From positions 1-64,000 of the IMG/VR virus record IMGVR_UViG_3300033073_001074: DNA of 64,000 bases; one strand, written 5' to 3'. Position numbers and translations under genes: made by a program. The stretch is from a virus. Its lineage: Duplodnaviria > Caudoviricetes. The notes under the pieces were generated by a model. That model did not search any database, had not been told where the DNA came from, and saw nothing but the letters and a program-made list of their open reading frames with translations. Of the stretch, positions 17,749 to 27,851 are shown piece after piece (within the stretch, counting starts at the first letter, position 1; every line of letters begins with the position of its first letter).

Positions 17749-18250
17749 AAAGTTTAATGACGCATATAACAATGAATACTACAAAAAGATCATGAATAAA
17801 GTTTGTAAGGAGAATTTGAGGGGCGTGTGTTCAAAAGACGAAATTAAATCTTTGATGATGAGTACGTTGTGGAGCTGTATTGAAAAATTCGATAACAAGA
17901 AGAATGTCAAATTCTCATCTTACCTATATCGGAGTATGCAAAATAATTCTCGAAGAATTTATAAAAAGAAAGTCAAACAGTTTAATGAGGTATCTTTAAT
18001 TGAGAATTACCACTCTTCTCTTTTTGTAGATTTTGAAGCAAAAGAAGAGGCTAGAGATATTTTGATGTCAGTTCTGGATAAAAATCCTGAGCTACATGAT
18101 ATTTTAATCAAGAAATATTATTACGGTATGACCAATAAAGAAATCGGTGAGGCTAATGGGTATGGAAAAGAAGCAGCAAGAAAAAAACTTAAAAAAGCGA
18201 TAGAATTGTGTCGCCAAATTGTGTATACTAATGTAGGAACAGGAACATAA
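17732..18250 (+). CDS. phage sigma-70 family RNA polymerase sigma factor (regions 2 and 4)
   Basis: Start ATG 17732 after GAGG; LWSCIEKFDNKKNVKFSSYLY (region 2) and YYYGMTNKEIGEANGYGKEAARKKLKKAI (region 4 HTH). Confidence 0.8.
   Translation: MQSANKKFNDAYNNEYYKKIMNKVCKENLRGVCSKDEIKSLMMSTLWSCIEKFDNKKNVKFSSYLYRSMQNNSRRIYKKKVKQFNEVSLIENYHSSLFVDFEAKEEARDILMSVLDKNPELHDILIKKYYYGMTNKEIGEANGYGKEAARKKLKKAIELCRQIVYTNVGTGT
18220..18232 (+). promoter_or_regulatory. candidate phage-specific promoter motif TGTGTATACTAAT
   Basis: At the 3' end of the sigma gene, about 80 nt upstream of the 18310 gene. Confidence 0.45.
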
Positions 18251-18309
18251 ATAGCTTAGGACAATAGGAAAGTAAGATTAGCAACCATATAAAGTGAGGT
18301 AACAAAGCT

Positions 18310-18948
18310 ATGGTTCCAAATCAGTCAGTAAATCCATACTTAAAGAATACCGCTGGAAGTACCTTTACAAAGCAAACTTTTGGTGGTACAATTATCGGTT
18401 TGTCTTCAGCAACATCAATTATCACCAAGGCGATTCAAGTTAAGGATGTTAATGCTAGTGATCCTACCATTTACACATATCCTAAGCTATTGTCTGGCGC
18501 AAGAACATATAACACAGCTAAGATTCTTTCTTCTGGCACATTCGCATACAATGCTGCTATCAACAGAACATGGATCTTGACTCGTGTAACAACATCACTT
18601 GCTGGTGTTTCCAAGACATTCCTTCAATTCATGGCAAACGTTGGATATGCTCCTTCTATCGCTTACTATGTACGTGATAACTGGGTCGATACAACTAGCT
18701 TGATCCGTAAGATGCAACTTAGCTTCACAGGCTATGACGCATCTGGGGGCGGATATGCCAACAAGATTCAAGCAAGAACACCGTGGATCACAAGTCCAAC
18801 GGGAACTGCTGGATCTGACTTCGGCACATCAAATTCTCTTCCGACAAGAGCTTATCCGGGCGAATTGTACATCTTGAATAACTTCGTAGATTACAATCCA
18901 GCTACAAGCTCAAACAAATACTATTACAAACCAATTACCGGCAAGTAA
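18310..18948 (+). CDS. S/T/G/Y-rich hypothetical protein, possibly virion structural
   Basis: GAGG RBS; composition poor in acidic residues; own candidate promoter and terminator. Confidence 0.6.
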   Translation: MVPNQSVNPYLKNTAGSTFTKQTFGGTIIGLSSATSIITKAIQVKDVNASDPTIYTYPKLLSGARTYNTAKILSSGTFAYNAAINRTWILTRVTTSLAGVSKTFLQFMANVGYAPSIAYYVRDNWVDTTSLIRKMQLSFTGYDASGGGYANKIQARTPWITSPTGTAGSDFGTSNSLPTRAYPGELYILNNFVDYNPATSSNKYYYKPITGK

Positions 18949-18965
18949 TTTGTATCAATAAAATG

Positions 18966-18995
18966 GGGGCCGGGTTTTGCCCGGCTCCTTTTTTT
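18966..18995 (+). terminator. intrinsic terminator
   Basis: GGGGCCGGG-TTTTG-CCCGGCTCC followed by T7. Confidence 0.85.
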
Positions 18996-19013
18996 ATAAC
19001 GGGGGGTGATATT

Positions 19014-19406
19014 ATGACAATGGCATGGCATGAAGTTTTACCAGCGATTGGTGATTTTATTAATAAAACAGGATTTCCCATAGCTTTATGGGTAATAGCT
19101 GGAATGGCATTTTATAAAGTATTTAAGAAGTTTTTTCATAAACTTGAGCCAATCATTGATGCACACTTTGAGTTAGTAACTGAATTAAAAAACAGCTCAG
19201 GAAGAACTGCTGATATCTTAGAGAAACAAAATGAGATATTAGCCACAAAATTAGATGAGCATACGTCTATACTTACAGATCATACATCGAAATTAGACAA
19301 GATTATGAAAATTAATATTGAACGAAATGAAATTCTTGAAGAAACTAAAAGTGTAATACCTTTGACAAACGGACTTTTAGGAGCTGGAAATGGGATTAAG
19401 CGATAA
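19014..19406 (+). CDS. membrane protein with coiled-coil tail
   Basis: Start moved to ATG 19014 (the track start lies in the terminator); TM GFPIALWVIAGMAFY. Confidence 0.65.
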   Translation: MTMAWHEVLPAIGDFINKTGFPIALWVIAGMAFYKVFKKFFHKLEPIIDAHFELVTELKNSSGRTADILEKQNEILATKLDEHTSILTDHTSKLDKIMKINIERNEILEETKSVIPLTNGLLGAGNGIKR

Positions 19407-19575
19407 GATTATAGAAATTTTGCTTCATCAGTTTAAATTTTCCCAGTCAGACCTTGACAAAGTGAAGGCAGTGCTGGATAATATAAACGTGAAGACGGTG
19501 GATGGTAAAACATACATCGAGATACGAGTCAACAAAGTCACAGTCGTTTTAGAAGGTAATCAGAATGAGTCTTAA
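19390..19575 (+). CDS. hypothetical protein
   Basis: 61 aa ORF overlapping neighbours. Confidence 0.5.
   Translation: MGLSDKIIEILLHQFKFSQSDLDKVKAVLDNINVKTVDGKTYIEIRVNKVTVVLEGNQNES
19454..19482 (+). promoter_or_regulatory. near-consensus sigma70 promoter inside a CDS, upstream of the nucleotide-metabolism genes
   Basis: TTGACA(19454-19459), 17 nt, GATAAT(19477-19482). Confidence 0.45.
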
Positions 19576-19909
19576 TATTGGCAAGATTAGAATTACAAAA
19601 GAAATTGATCGCTACGATGGAGGTTTGACCTTTTTTAAGTTCAAACAAAACAAAACAGAATATTACGGACTATCCGTAGAATTACTAGATGAGAGAGAGG
19701 GTTTCTTAGCCTTCTCTTTATCTAAAACACTTGATGAACTTTTTGATAAAAGTAACTATAACTCAGTTGCTCTATTCGATTTGATAAAGGAGCGAATTGA
19801 TGAATTTTATTTTGTCTCATTTGAAGATGAAGACCCTGAAAGCGAAGTTATTGAATATTGTGGATTGCTTACAAAAGAAGAAGTTATTCAGCTTTACAAC
19901 ATTAAATAA
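19565..19909 (+). CDS. hypothetical acidic protein
   Basis: 114 aa ORF. Confidence 0.6.
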   Translation: MSLNIGKIRITKEIDRYDGGLTFFKFKQNKTEYYGLSVELLDEREGFLAFSLSKTLDELFDKSNYNSVALFDLIKERIDEFYFVSFEDEDPESEVIEYCGLLTKEEVIQLYNIK

Positions 19910-19928
19910 GAGGACAGGAAATTCTAAG

Positions 19929-20096
19929 ATGAAAATTAACATGGAAAAGCTAAATCAAACTGTAAAAAAAGAAATTCCCAATGGTTTTTTTGGTTACTTT
20001 GAAGAGAGAGACGGGTATAATAAACTTGTCGCATACGGCACTCCTGTCAAAGATGAACTAAAGTTTTCTTGGATTCATAAAGAATATCAACGATGA
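19929..20096 (+). CDS. hypothetical protein
   Basis: Start moved to ATG 19929 after AGGA; ATGA coupling to the deaminase. Confidence 0.5.
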   Translation: MKINMEKLNQTVKKEIPNGFFGYFEERDGYNKLVAYGTPVKDELKFSWIHKEYQR

Positions 20097-20569
20097 GACC
20101 TGACTGGGATCAATATTTTATGTCGATGGCCCATTTGGCATCTGTTCGATCTCATGATGAGCAGACGCAAGTGGGCTGTGTCATTGTTAATGATAAAAAT
20201 CATATCATTAGCCTAGGATATAATGGATTTCCCGCTAATACAAAAGATATATCTCTCCCAAGGGTAAGACCGGGCAAATATCCATTTATGCTACACGCAG
20301 AACAAAATGCTATAAGTAATATGATTATCAAAGAAGATAACTTAAGAGCATATGTTACAGCCTATCCATGCTCAGTTTGTGCAAAATTACTATGGCAAAA
20401 TAATATTAGAAATTTAATAGTAGATAGTAAAGGTGTCATATATTCAATGAATGAAGGTGACATTGCTGTTATTAATTTTCTGCTTGAAAACGGGTTAAAA
20501 ATAAGAGAAATAAAGTTCGACCAAGATATTTTTGTAAATCTCGGTCACAAGTTAAAAAGAGGTAATTAA
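20093..20569 (+). CDS. dCMP deaminase
   Basis: RPDWDQYFM...QVGCVIV...LGYNGFP...HAEQNAI...TAYPCSVCAKLL zinc-deaminase motifs. Confidence 0.9.
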   Translation: MRPDWDQYFMSMAHLASVRSHDEQTQVGCVIVNDKNHIISLGYNGFPANTKDISLPRVRPGKYPFMLHAEQNAISNMIIKEDNLRAYVTAYPCSVCAKLLWQNNIRNLIVDSKGVIYSMNEGDIAVINFLLENGLKIREIKFDQDIFVNLGHKLKRGN

Positions 20570-22752
20570 TGTCTATTAAAGCATTACAAGATTATACATT
20601 CGTAGGAAAATACGCCAGATACATTTCAGACAAAAAGAGACGCGAAACATATAAGGAAAGTGTTGATCGTGTTCGTGCAATGATGCATAAACAATACGCA
20701 GATAAAGATGAAGAAGTGCATAAGATCATAGACTGGGCCTATGATATGATGCTTAAGAAAAAGGGTCTTGGTTCACAAAGAGCTTTACAGTTTGGTGGAG
20801 ATCCTATTTTTAAGCATAATGCACGTATGTTTAACTGTACTGTATCTTTTGCTGATCGTGTAAGATTTTTCCAAGAATGCATGTATATGCTTCTTTGCGG
20901 ATGCGGGGTAGGATTTTCTGTACAATATAAACACATTAATAAATTGCCTAACCTTCTCGATGGCAAATCAGGAAAAGTAAAGTATACTATCCCTGATGAT
21001 ATTGAAGGTTGGAGCGATGCTATAGGTATTTTAATTTCATCCTATTTTGATACAGATACAGAGTTTCCCGACTATAAAGGCAAAGAGGTTCAGTTTGTAT
21101 ACGATAAAATTAGAAAGAAGGGTACTAGAATTTCTGGTGGCGGCAAAGCGCCGGGACCAGAACCTCTTAAGAAAGCCATTGAGAATATTAAATTAATTCT
21201 AGACAAGGCTGTAACCCGTGGAGATAAAAGGATCAAGTCAGTTGAAGTATATGACATAGTTATGCACTTTGCTGATGCTGTTATTTCTGGTGGAGTAAGA
21301 AGAAGCGCTACGATTTGTCTATTCTCTCCAGATGATAAGGAGATGGCAACGGCTAAAACTGGCAATTGGTTCATGGATAATCCTCAGCGTGGACGTTCTA
21401 ACAACTCTGCTCTTCTCATTAGAGATAAGACAACTCCTGAACAATTTGCTGAACTCATGAAGAGCGTTAAAGAGTTTGGTGAGCCGGGATTTGTATGGGC
21501 AGACGATGAAGACTTCATTGTTAACCCATGCGTTGAGATTGGCATGTATCCCGTAGATATTGAGACAGGTGAAAGTGGATGGCAAGGTTGTAATCTTTCT
21601 ACTGTTAATTGTGCTAAAGTAAATAGTGCGGAAGATTTTTATGATGCTGTTCGTGCAGTAACAATTATCGGTACTCTTCAAGCCGGATTTAATTCATTTC
21701 CATATCTAGGAAAAACAAGTGAAAAAATCTTCGCTAGAGAGGCTTTGCTTGGTGTTTCGGGTACGGGATGGTTTGAAAAACCGGATATTTGTTTAAATCC
21801 GGAAATTCAAAGGAAGGCAGCAGAACTTGCAAAAACAACCAATAAATATGTCGCATCAAAGATTGGTATCAATCAGGCCGCTAGAGTCACTTGTGTTAAG
21901 CCTGAAGGCACTGCCTCCTGTATTCTTGGGACTGCTAGTGGTATTCACCCTCATCATGCTAAACGCTATATTCGTCGCGTACAAGCGAATAAGATGGAGG
22001 CGATCTACCAGCACTTCAAGGAAACCAATCCAAGGGCGTGCGAAGAATCTGTTTGGTCGGCCAATAGGACCGATGACGTAATTGCTTTCTGTATCGAAGT
22101 TCCTGACGGTAGCAAGACTAAGAATCAAATTACTGCTATTGAACTTCTTAAAACAGTAAAGTCAACTCAACAAAACTGGGTTCTGCCGGGTACAAATAAA
22201 GAGCTTTGTACTAAGCCTTGGCTAAATCATAATGTTAGCAATACCATTAATGTTAAACCTAGTGAATGGGAAGAAGTTGAGAAATTCATTTATGACAATC
22301 GTGAATTTTTCTGCGGTATTTCTCTCTTGCCGGTGACGGGAGACAAGGATTATCCACAAGCTCCATTTACTACTGTGTATTTACCTAGTGAGATGATTAA
22401 TCATTATGGCGATGGTGTAATGTTCGCCAGCGGTCTTATTGAGGTTGCTCTCAATCTATGGGAAGATAACCTGTGGGCAGCTTGTGATAGTCTTCTTGGT
22501 TTTGGCGGACCTATTAAAGGTAAGGCCAAAGAAGCGTGGGTAGCCAGATGTAAGAAGTTTGCCGATAAATATTTTGAGGGAGATGTAAAGAAATTTACTT
22601 ACTGCATGAAAGATATTTATAACTTCAAACTTTGGACTGAATTAAAACGCGAATACAAAGATGTCGATTATACCGAAGTTATTGAAGAACATGATGACAC
22701 TCAACTAGAACAAGCTCTGGCGTGTAGTGGAGGGGCTTGCGAGATAGTATAA
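20569..22752 (+). CDS. nrdJ: class II (adenosylcobalamin-dependent) ribonucleotide reductase, monomeric RTPR type
   Basis: MFNCT; LLCGCGVGFSV; NPCVEI (thiyl-radical Cys); GCNLS; CVKPEGTAS; C-terminal CSGGACEIV redox pair. Confidence 0.92.
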   Translation: MSIKALQDYTFVGKYARYISDKKRRETYKESVDRVRAMMHKQYADKDEEVHKIIDWAYDMMLKKKGLGSQRALQFGGDPIFKHNARMFNCTVSFADRVRFFQECMYMLLCGCGVGFSVQYKHINKLPNLLDGKSGKVKYTIPDDIEGWSDAIGILISSYFDTDTEFPDYKGKEVQFVYDKIRKKGTRISGGGKAPGPEPLKKAIENIKLILDKAVTRGDKRIKSVEVYDIVMHFADAVISGGVRRSATICLFSPDDKEMATAKTGNWFMDNPQRGRSNNSALLIRDKTTPEQFAELMKSVKEFGEPGFVWADDEDFIVNPCVEIGMYPVDIETGESGWQGCNLSTVNCAKVNSAEDFYDAVRAVTIIGTLQAGFNSFPYLGKTSEKIFAREALLGVSGTGWFEKPDICLNPEIQRKAAELAKTTNKYVASKIGINQAARVTCVKPEGTASCILGTASGIHPHHAKRYIRRVQANKMEAIYQHFKETNPRACEESVWSANRTDDVIAFCIEVPDGSKTKNQITAIELLKTVKSTQQNWVLPGTNKELCTKPWLNHNVSNTINVKPSEWEEVEKFIYDNREFFCGISLLPVTGDKDYPQAPFTTVYLPSEMINHYGDGVMFASGLIEVALNLWEDNLWAACDSLLGFGGPIKGKAKEAWVARCKKFADKYFEGDVKKFTYCMKDIYNFKLWTELKREYKDVDYTEVIEEHDDTQLEQALACSGGACEIV

Positions 22753-23741
22753 TGCCTACTTACAATCCTATTGTACAATATTTTAATCACTCAGTTTCCA
22801 TTGATGGATTTCTTACTGGTGTGCAATCTATTTCGGTAGATCAATCATCATCAGCAAATAAATTAACGGAATATGGACGTATTAACAATTTAAAAGTTAT
22901 ACGTCCTAAGCCTGAGACTAGAATATCAATAACTAGACCTCTCGATAATACCAACCCCCCGTTTCTTTTAACGGGGGATGATGATATCTTGACATATCTA
23001 GGTGGTGTTTCTACATGGGACAACACGCTTAAAACATATGATATAGAATTCGATTTAAACAGAGAAGCTCCAGATTCAACAACAGGAAAAATGAAAACTG
23101 GGGGATCATCGCTTAAATTTAGAAAATACTTATTATCAGAAGCTAGATATTCATTTAGTGCAGACTCAACGTTTGCAGAAGAGCAGCTATCTTTTTCAGG
23201 ATTTACAATAGAAAAAGGTAACGGTGCAACAACATCATTCGGATCTGCTGATACGGGAAATGTCATAAGACGACATAATTTCAAAAAAAGTGGATGCACT
23301 TTTCCTTTAGAAATACAAAGTCTATTTGATAACAGTTCTTATGTATTAAGAGAAGTAAATATTGGAATCTCATTTAACTGGAATAATTTAGCCAACTTTG
23401 GAGAAATGAACGCCTATAAATATAGATATCTAAGTTTTCCGATAGATATTACATGCTCTATAACATTAGTAGATTTAAAATTTGATCAGCCCGGCAATAA
23501 TAACACTTATATTAATCCGACTACATATTCCATGTCAGACATCTTATTCACAGATTCTGACTTTACTCCAAATAGAACGATTGTCATAAATGCTGGCAAT
23601 AAAATATGGGATTTAGGTTCAAAGAATTATTTTGTTTCAAGAAGTAGAAAAGGAGGTGAAGCAGGATCTAATTCATACTCAACTTATACCTATGAATACA
23701 AAAACAGTGAAAACTTCATTAAAATAAAAAGTGAGACCTAA
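22752..23741 (+). CDS. hypothetical protein, possibly tail-tube-like
   Basis: Start ATG 22752 (TAATG); beta-rich S/T/N/F composition; N-terminal LTGVQSISV...YG...PET.ISITRPLD pattern. Confidence 0.45.
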   Translation: MPTYNPIVQYFNHSVSIDGFLTGVQSISVDQSSSANKLTEYGRINNLKVIRPKPETRISITRPLDNTNPPFLLTGDDDILTYLGGVSTWDNTLKTYDIEFDLNREAPDSTTGKMKTGGSSLKFRKYLLSEARYSFSADSTFAEEQLSFSGFTIEKGNGATTSFGSADTGNVIRRHNFKKSGCTFPLEIQSLFDNSSYVLREVNIGISFNWNNLANFGEMNAYKYRYLSFPIDITCSITLVDLKFDQPGNNNTYINPTTYSMSDILFTDSDFTPNRTIVINAGNKIWDLGSKNYFVSRSRKGGEAGSNSYSTYTYEYKNSENFIKIKSET

Positions 23742-23744
23742 ACT

Positions 23745-24449
23745 ATGTCAACATCGCGCAAAACTAGAAAAACAGCTCAAAGAGCCACAGCAAATGCAGT
23801 ATCTAATCCGCACCGTAAAATTCTTAAACCAAAAAGCATTAATCAAGAAAATTATATTATATCTATGGTTGAGAATGATATTACAATTTGCACAGGACCA
23901 GCGGGATCTGGAAAATCCTCAGTGGCAGTCGGACTTGCGTGTAGTTGGTTACTAGAGAATAAGATAGAAAAAATTATAGTCACTAGACCAGTTGTTGAAG
24001 CAGGTCGAGGACTAGGCTATCTGCCGGGCAGCAAGGATGAAAAAATCCAACCTTATGTTATGCCCGTACTAGAAGAAATGCAGCAGTATCTTGGTAGAGA
24101 GTTATTAAATAAACAAATTGCGGCTGGTATTGTTGAGCTATGTCCATTAGAATATATGCGTGGTCGTAATTTTCACCACTCATTTATGATTCTTGACGAA
24201 GCGCAAAATGCGACATATGAACAGATTAAAATGTTTTTAACTAGAATTGGTATGCACTCAAGAGCAATTATCGAAGGCGATCCGTACCAATCGGACTTGC
24301 CTCTTGCTATGAGAGGTGCTATGATGGATGTGAGAGATAAACTCTTCGGTCTTCAGGGGGTTGGCGTATGCGAACTACAAGCCTCTGATATTGTCCGTAA
24401 TCCTATTATTGGTAGAGTACTAGAAAGGTTAGAGGGTAATAATAGATGA
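23745..24449 (+). CDS. phoH: PhoH family ATPase
   Basis: GPAGSGKS; IVTRPVVEAG..LGYLPG; PLEYMRGRNF; ILDEAQNAT; GDPYQSDL; DIVRNP. Confidence 0.95.
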   Translation: MSTSRKTRKTAQRATANAVSNPHRKILKPKSINQENYIISMVENDITICTGPAGSGKSSVAVGLACSWLLENKIEKIIVTRPVVEAGRGLGYLPGSKDEKIQPYVMPVLEEMQQYLGRELLNKQIAAGIVELCPLEYMRGRNFHHSFMILDEAQNATYEQIKMFLTRIGMHSRAIIEGDPYQSDLPLAMRGAMMDVRDKLFGLQGVGVCELQASDIVRNPIIGRVLERLEGNNR

Positions 24450-24715
24450 AAAAGTATTTAGCTCCTATTATTGTAGCTGGATTTTTATGTGGAAATTTAG
24501 CATTGTCCGAAACTGAAAGACAAGAAATAGTAGCAGAACGTCAAGAAATTAATGAAGAATACGTTTATTTTTATGAAACGATAATATCTAATCCTGAATT
24601 AACAGATGTAAGGAGAGTGGCTTATAAAAATAGCTACAGAACTTTCATCATTGACATGGGAAATGAAAATGCACAAAATGACCCATATTTATATGAAGGA
24701 TTGCCAGAGGAATAA
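24446..24715 (+). CDS. hypothetical protein with signal peptide
   Basis: MKKYLAPIIVAGFLCGNLALS N-terminus. Confidence 0.6.
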   Translation: MKKYLAPIIVAGFLCGNLALSETERQEIVAERQEINEEYVYFYETIISNPELTDVRRVAYKNSYRTFIIDMGNENAQNDPYLYEGLPEE

Positions 24716-24718
24716 TTT

Positions 24719-25060
24719 ATGCCAACATATCATTATGCTTGCAGTGAATGCAAGGAAGAATTTGAAATCTTCCATAGCATCAAAGAGTCTTTGAGAAAGA
24801 TTTGTCCATTTTGCGAAAAGGCTGGCTTGTCGGTTGTCTTGGACGAACCTCCCGTTATAATAAATAAAGAGGTGAAGACAATCGGCCAGCTTGCCGAGAA
24901 GAACGCCAGAGAGCTTGGAAGATATGGACTCCAAGAAAAGATGGAAGCAGATGGGACTTTTGAAAGAATCAAACAAAGAGAAAAAAGGGATGAGATCAAA
25001 AAAGTTGCAAAACTCAACCCAGAACAAAAGAAGAGATATATTGAAACAGGAAAGTTGTAA
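24719..25060 (+). CDS. FmdB family zinc-ribbon protein
   Basis: MPTYHYACSECKEEFEIFHSI...CPFC. Confidence 0.85.
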   Translation: MPTYHYACSECKEEFEIFHSIKESLRKICPFCEKAGLSVVLDEPPVIINKEVKTIGQLAEKNARELGRYGLQEKMEADGTFERIKQREKRDEIKKVAKLNPEQKKRYIETGKL

Positions 25061-25293
25061 TGGAAAATATTAGGAATATCGGACCTCATGTTGCAGTAGT
25101 GAAATTCAACATCTTTATTCATAAAATGATGTCTGATGGTTCAATTGATCCAGTATCAATTGTATGTCCAGAACTATTTCAAAATTGTCAGATAGCTAAG
25201 CAAGGCGAGCTATACGTAGAAGGTGTTGATATTTGGGACTGCGCTAAAAAAGTAAAAAAGAAGCTCGAAAAATTAGGAGAGAATAATGAGTGA
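25060..25293 (+). CDS. hypothetical protein
   Basis: 77 aa, TAATG coupling. Confidence 0.6.
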   Translation: MENIRNIGPHVAVVKFNIFIHKMMSDGSIDPVSIVCPELFQNCQIAKQGELYVEGVDIWDCAKKVKKKLEKLGENNE

Positions 25294-25627
25294 TATTGCA
25301 TCTTTAAATCTACCAGATGTAGATGAAATTACGACACAATACTTTGATAAAACAGGAAATCTTACAAAAGAAGAATTTGCAGTAGCTAAGATTACTAAGT
25401 TTCATAATAAAGAAAGTGATAGTTTAACTGTCAACTACTATATCAAATTTGGAAGAGGAATGTTGTTTGATCCATATGGAATGGATATGAACAAAATGAA
25501 CTCCTATAATTTCCAGTTTAAGAAAGTTGATCAAGATATTTATTCTAAGTATCTACAATATTTGAAAACTCGTAGATCAATGTTCTTGACATATGCACAA
25601 AGAGATTATGTAAGTAAAGGATATTAA
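25286..25627 (+). CDS. hypothetical protein
   Basis: 113 aa with GGAG RBS. Confidence 0.65.
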   Translation: MSDIASLNLPDVDEITTQYFDKTGNLTKEEFAVAKITKFHNKESDSLTVNYYIKFGRGMLFDPYGMDMNKMNSYNFQFKKVDQDIYSKYLQYLKTRRSMFLTYAQRDYVSKGY

Positions 25628-25629
25628 TT

Positions 25630-25929
25630 ATGGCAAAAAAGAAAGTATCAGTTCCAAAAACTGACGTAACGACAGAAGTAAAAATGGGCGATGAAAACAA
25701 GAAAGTCAATGTTTCAGAACCAAAACTAGCACAAGTTAATGTACAAAATGTAACAAGTTACCCATCTGTAAGAGAACTTTTTGGTCACAAAAAAGACTAT
25801 GGTGTAACAACAATGACTGAACAAGCCTCAACTAGATCTGATGAAACTTCTAAAGACAGGAGATCTAAAGCAACGGGAAATTTACCTCCAAGATATGGTA
25901 ACTGCATTCATAAGATAAGAGAAGACTAA
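25630..25929 (+). CDS. hypothetical protein
   Basis: 99 aa ORF in operon. Confidence 0.6.
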   Translation: MAKKKVSVPKTDVTTEVKMGDENKKVNVSEPKLAQVNVQNVTSYPSVRELFGHKKDYGVTTMTEQASTRSDETSKDRRSKATGNLPPRYGNCIHKIRED

Positions 25930-26405
25930 TGACACAAGTTTGTACTGGTTTTGATGCATATATTAGAAGTCTTCGTGTTGATCGTCAAGAGGTAATATGG
26001 AAATGTGTTCTCTCTAATGGTCAAGAAGTTTGGTCTGATTTTGATCGGCCAGAAGTAGACGAAGATCCTTGGACTAGATTAAAAAAATATTGCAATGAAA
26101 ACTCTTTGGACATTGTTGAAGTCAAAGTAAATGCTGTTGGTATTCCAGAACAATCTGTCTATGTTAATCCTAAAGGTATGGATGGATTTTTTATCACTAG
26201 AGGTATGTCAAAAGATTTGTTTGACGACAGTGGCAATACAGGCATAACTTATAAATATTTAGCTTTTGGTAAGTTATCAGATTCTAAAGATGTTGTATAT
26301 GTAAAAAAGTTTTATTGGCCTGAGTGCAGGTTTTCTGAGAACTTAGAAAAAAGACAGGCCACCGAAGAAAACTTGAAATTGATGTATTTCAAAAATAAAG
26401 AGTAA
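25929..26405 (+). CDS. hypothetical protein
   Basis: 158 aa, TAATG coupling. Confidence 0.65.
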   Translation: MTQVCTGFDAYIRSLRVDRQEVIWKCVLSNGQEVWSDFDRPEVDEDPWTRLKKYCNENSLDIVEVKVNAVGIPEQSVYVNPKGMDGFFITRGMSKDLFDDSGNTGITYKYLAFGKLSDSKDVVYVKKFYWPECRFSENLEKRQATEENLKLMYFKNKE

Positions 26406-26407
26406 TT

Positions 26408-26863
26408 ATGGCAAAGCAAAGAACAGAGCAAAGCAAGTATAAGTCCCCGTCCACCGGGGACTTTTGTACTCCCGCACAATACGTTGCAGAAATTATTTGT
26501 CAAAAGCAAGCCACCCATGAAAAAGCGGGCACTTTACCATATAAATTTTGGAACTTACCAAAATGGAAAAAGATTTACATTAGACAGGTTTCTCTCGCTA
26601 ATAAACTTATTAAAGAATATGGCGAAGAACCTGTTATTAAGTTTGTAAAGTCAAGCTCCGGAAAAAGAACAATATCTCTTGGAGCTAGGAATGTAAAAAA
26701 AGAAATAGAAAAGATAAAATATACTCTTGACAATGCTCCGAAGCGTGCTACAATAGAAGCAGTAGAATCTGAGCCACTAGTGTTTACGTCGAGAAAATCT
26801 TTTGGTAAACAGACTTTGTTTAATAGATTAAAGGAAATAGAGAATGAGTCTAACAGCAGTTGA
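26408..26863 (+). CDS. hypothetical basic protein
   Basis: 151 aa ORF upstream of recA. Confidence 0.65.
   Translation: MAKQRTEQSKYKSPSTGDFCTPAQYVAEIICQKQATHEKAGTLPYKFWNLPKWKKIYIRQVSLANKLIKEYGEEPVIKFVKSSSGKRTISLGARNVKKEIEKIKYTLDNAPKRATIEAVESEPLVFTSRKSFGKQTLFNRLKEIENESNSS
26727..26754 (+). promoter_or_regulatory. sigma70-type promoter inside a CDS, upstream of recA
   Basis: TTGACA(26727-26732), 16 nt, TACAAT(26749-26754), TG at 26746-26747. Confidence 0.6.
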
Positions 26864-27851
26864 TAAAGATTTTATTAAAAAATATGGCGATTATGTTACA
26901 ACAGGCGATAAGGTTCTTGAGCAAAAGAGAAACTATAAAGTTATTTCTATTAGTCCGGCGATTGACCTAGCTCTTGGTGGAGGCATCAAAGAAGGTTCTT
27001 GGATGATTCTTTCAGGTCCACCAAAAGCTGGAAAAACAACGACCACAATGCAGATTATTGCTAACTGTCAAGCTCTTGGTCGTAAAATCATTTATCTTGA
27101 CGTTGAAGGTCGCTTAAAAGAGATGAATTTTGAAGTTCCGGGTATTGACCCGTCTCAAGTTCAAGTTATTCGTTCAGGCGACGAACCTTTGTCTGCGGAA
27201 ACATTTCTTGATATTGCTCGCAAACTTATTTCAGCAAAAGAGAATGAAGGTTGCGTTCTTGTTATTGATTCTATCTCATCACTAATTCCTTCTCGCGATC
27301 TTGATGAGGATATTAGTGGTATGACTAGACCGGGCTTGCCAAAGATCCTTTCTGACTTCGTTAAGAAACTTGGTCAAACAGTTCCTAATCAAAAGTGCCT
27401 TGTAATTATGATCACACATATGATTACAAATACAAGTGGCTACGGCAAGTCAAAAATGGCCGATGGTGGCGTTAAGATTCAATTCCAAGCAGATACACGC
27501 ATGGAAGTCAAAAGCGTTCAGCCGTGGGAATCCGCAAGCTCTAGCAAGGACAATAAGAATGTTGTTGGGTTAAAGGTTACATGGGATGTTTTATGTTCAT
27601 CTATCGGGTCTCCATATAAGACATGTGAGAGCTGGATTAGATTTGGTCATGGCATTGATAAAGTACAAGAGATTATTATGATTGCTATTGATCTTGGCTT
27701 GATTTCTGTAGCGGGTTCATGGTATAATTTAGACTTTATTGAAACAGAGAAGATTAAACTTCAAGGACAAGAAAAGGTTTACAATTATTTAAATGAAAAT
27801 CCCAATTCATATGTAACACTTGAAACCAAAGTTAAGGAAATGCTATATTGA
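26844..27851 (+). CDS. recA: RecA/UvsX-like recombinase
   Basis: ISPAIDLALGGGI; Walker A GPPKAGKTT; YLDVEGRL; VIDSISSL; GGVKIQFQAD. Confidence 0.92.
   Translation: MSLTAVDKDFIKKYGDYVTTGDKVLEQKRNYKVISISPAIDLALGGGIKEGSWMILSGPPKAGKTTTTMQIIANCQALGRKIIYLDVEGRLKEMNFEVPGIDPSQVQVIRSGDEPLSAETFLDIARKLISAKENEGCVLVIDSISSLIPSRDLDEDISGMTRPGLPKILSDFVKKLGQTVPNQKCLVIMITHMITNTSGYGKSKMADGGVKIQFQADTRMEVKSVQPWESASSSKDNKNVVGLKVTWDVLCSSIGSPYKTCESWIRFGHGIDKVQEIIMIAIDLGLISVAGSWYNLDFIETEKIKLQGQEKVYNYLNENPNSYVTLETKVKEMLY

Noticed and set aside
18963-19013. ORF-track start at 18963 (MGAGFCPAPFF...)
   Set aside because: This segment is the terminator hairpin; ATG 19014 with a G-rich RBS is more plausible
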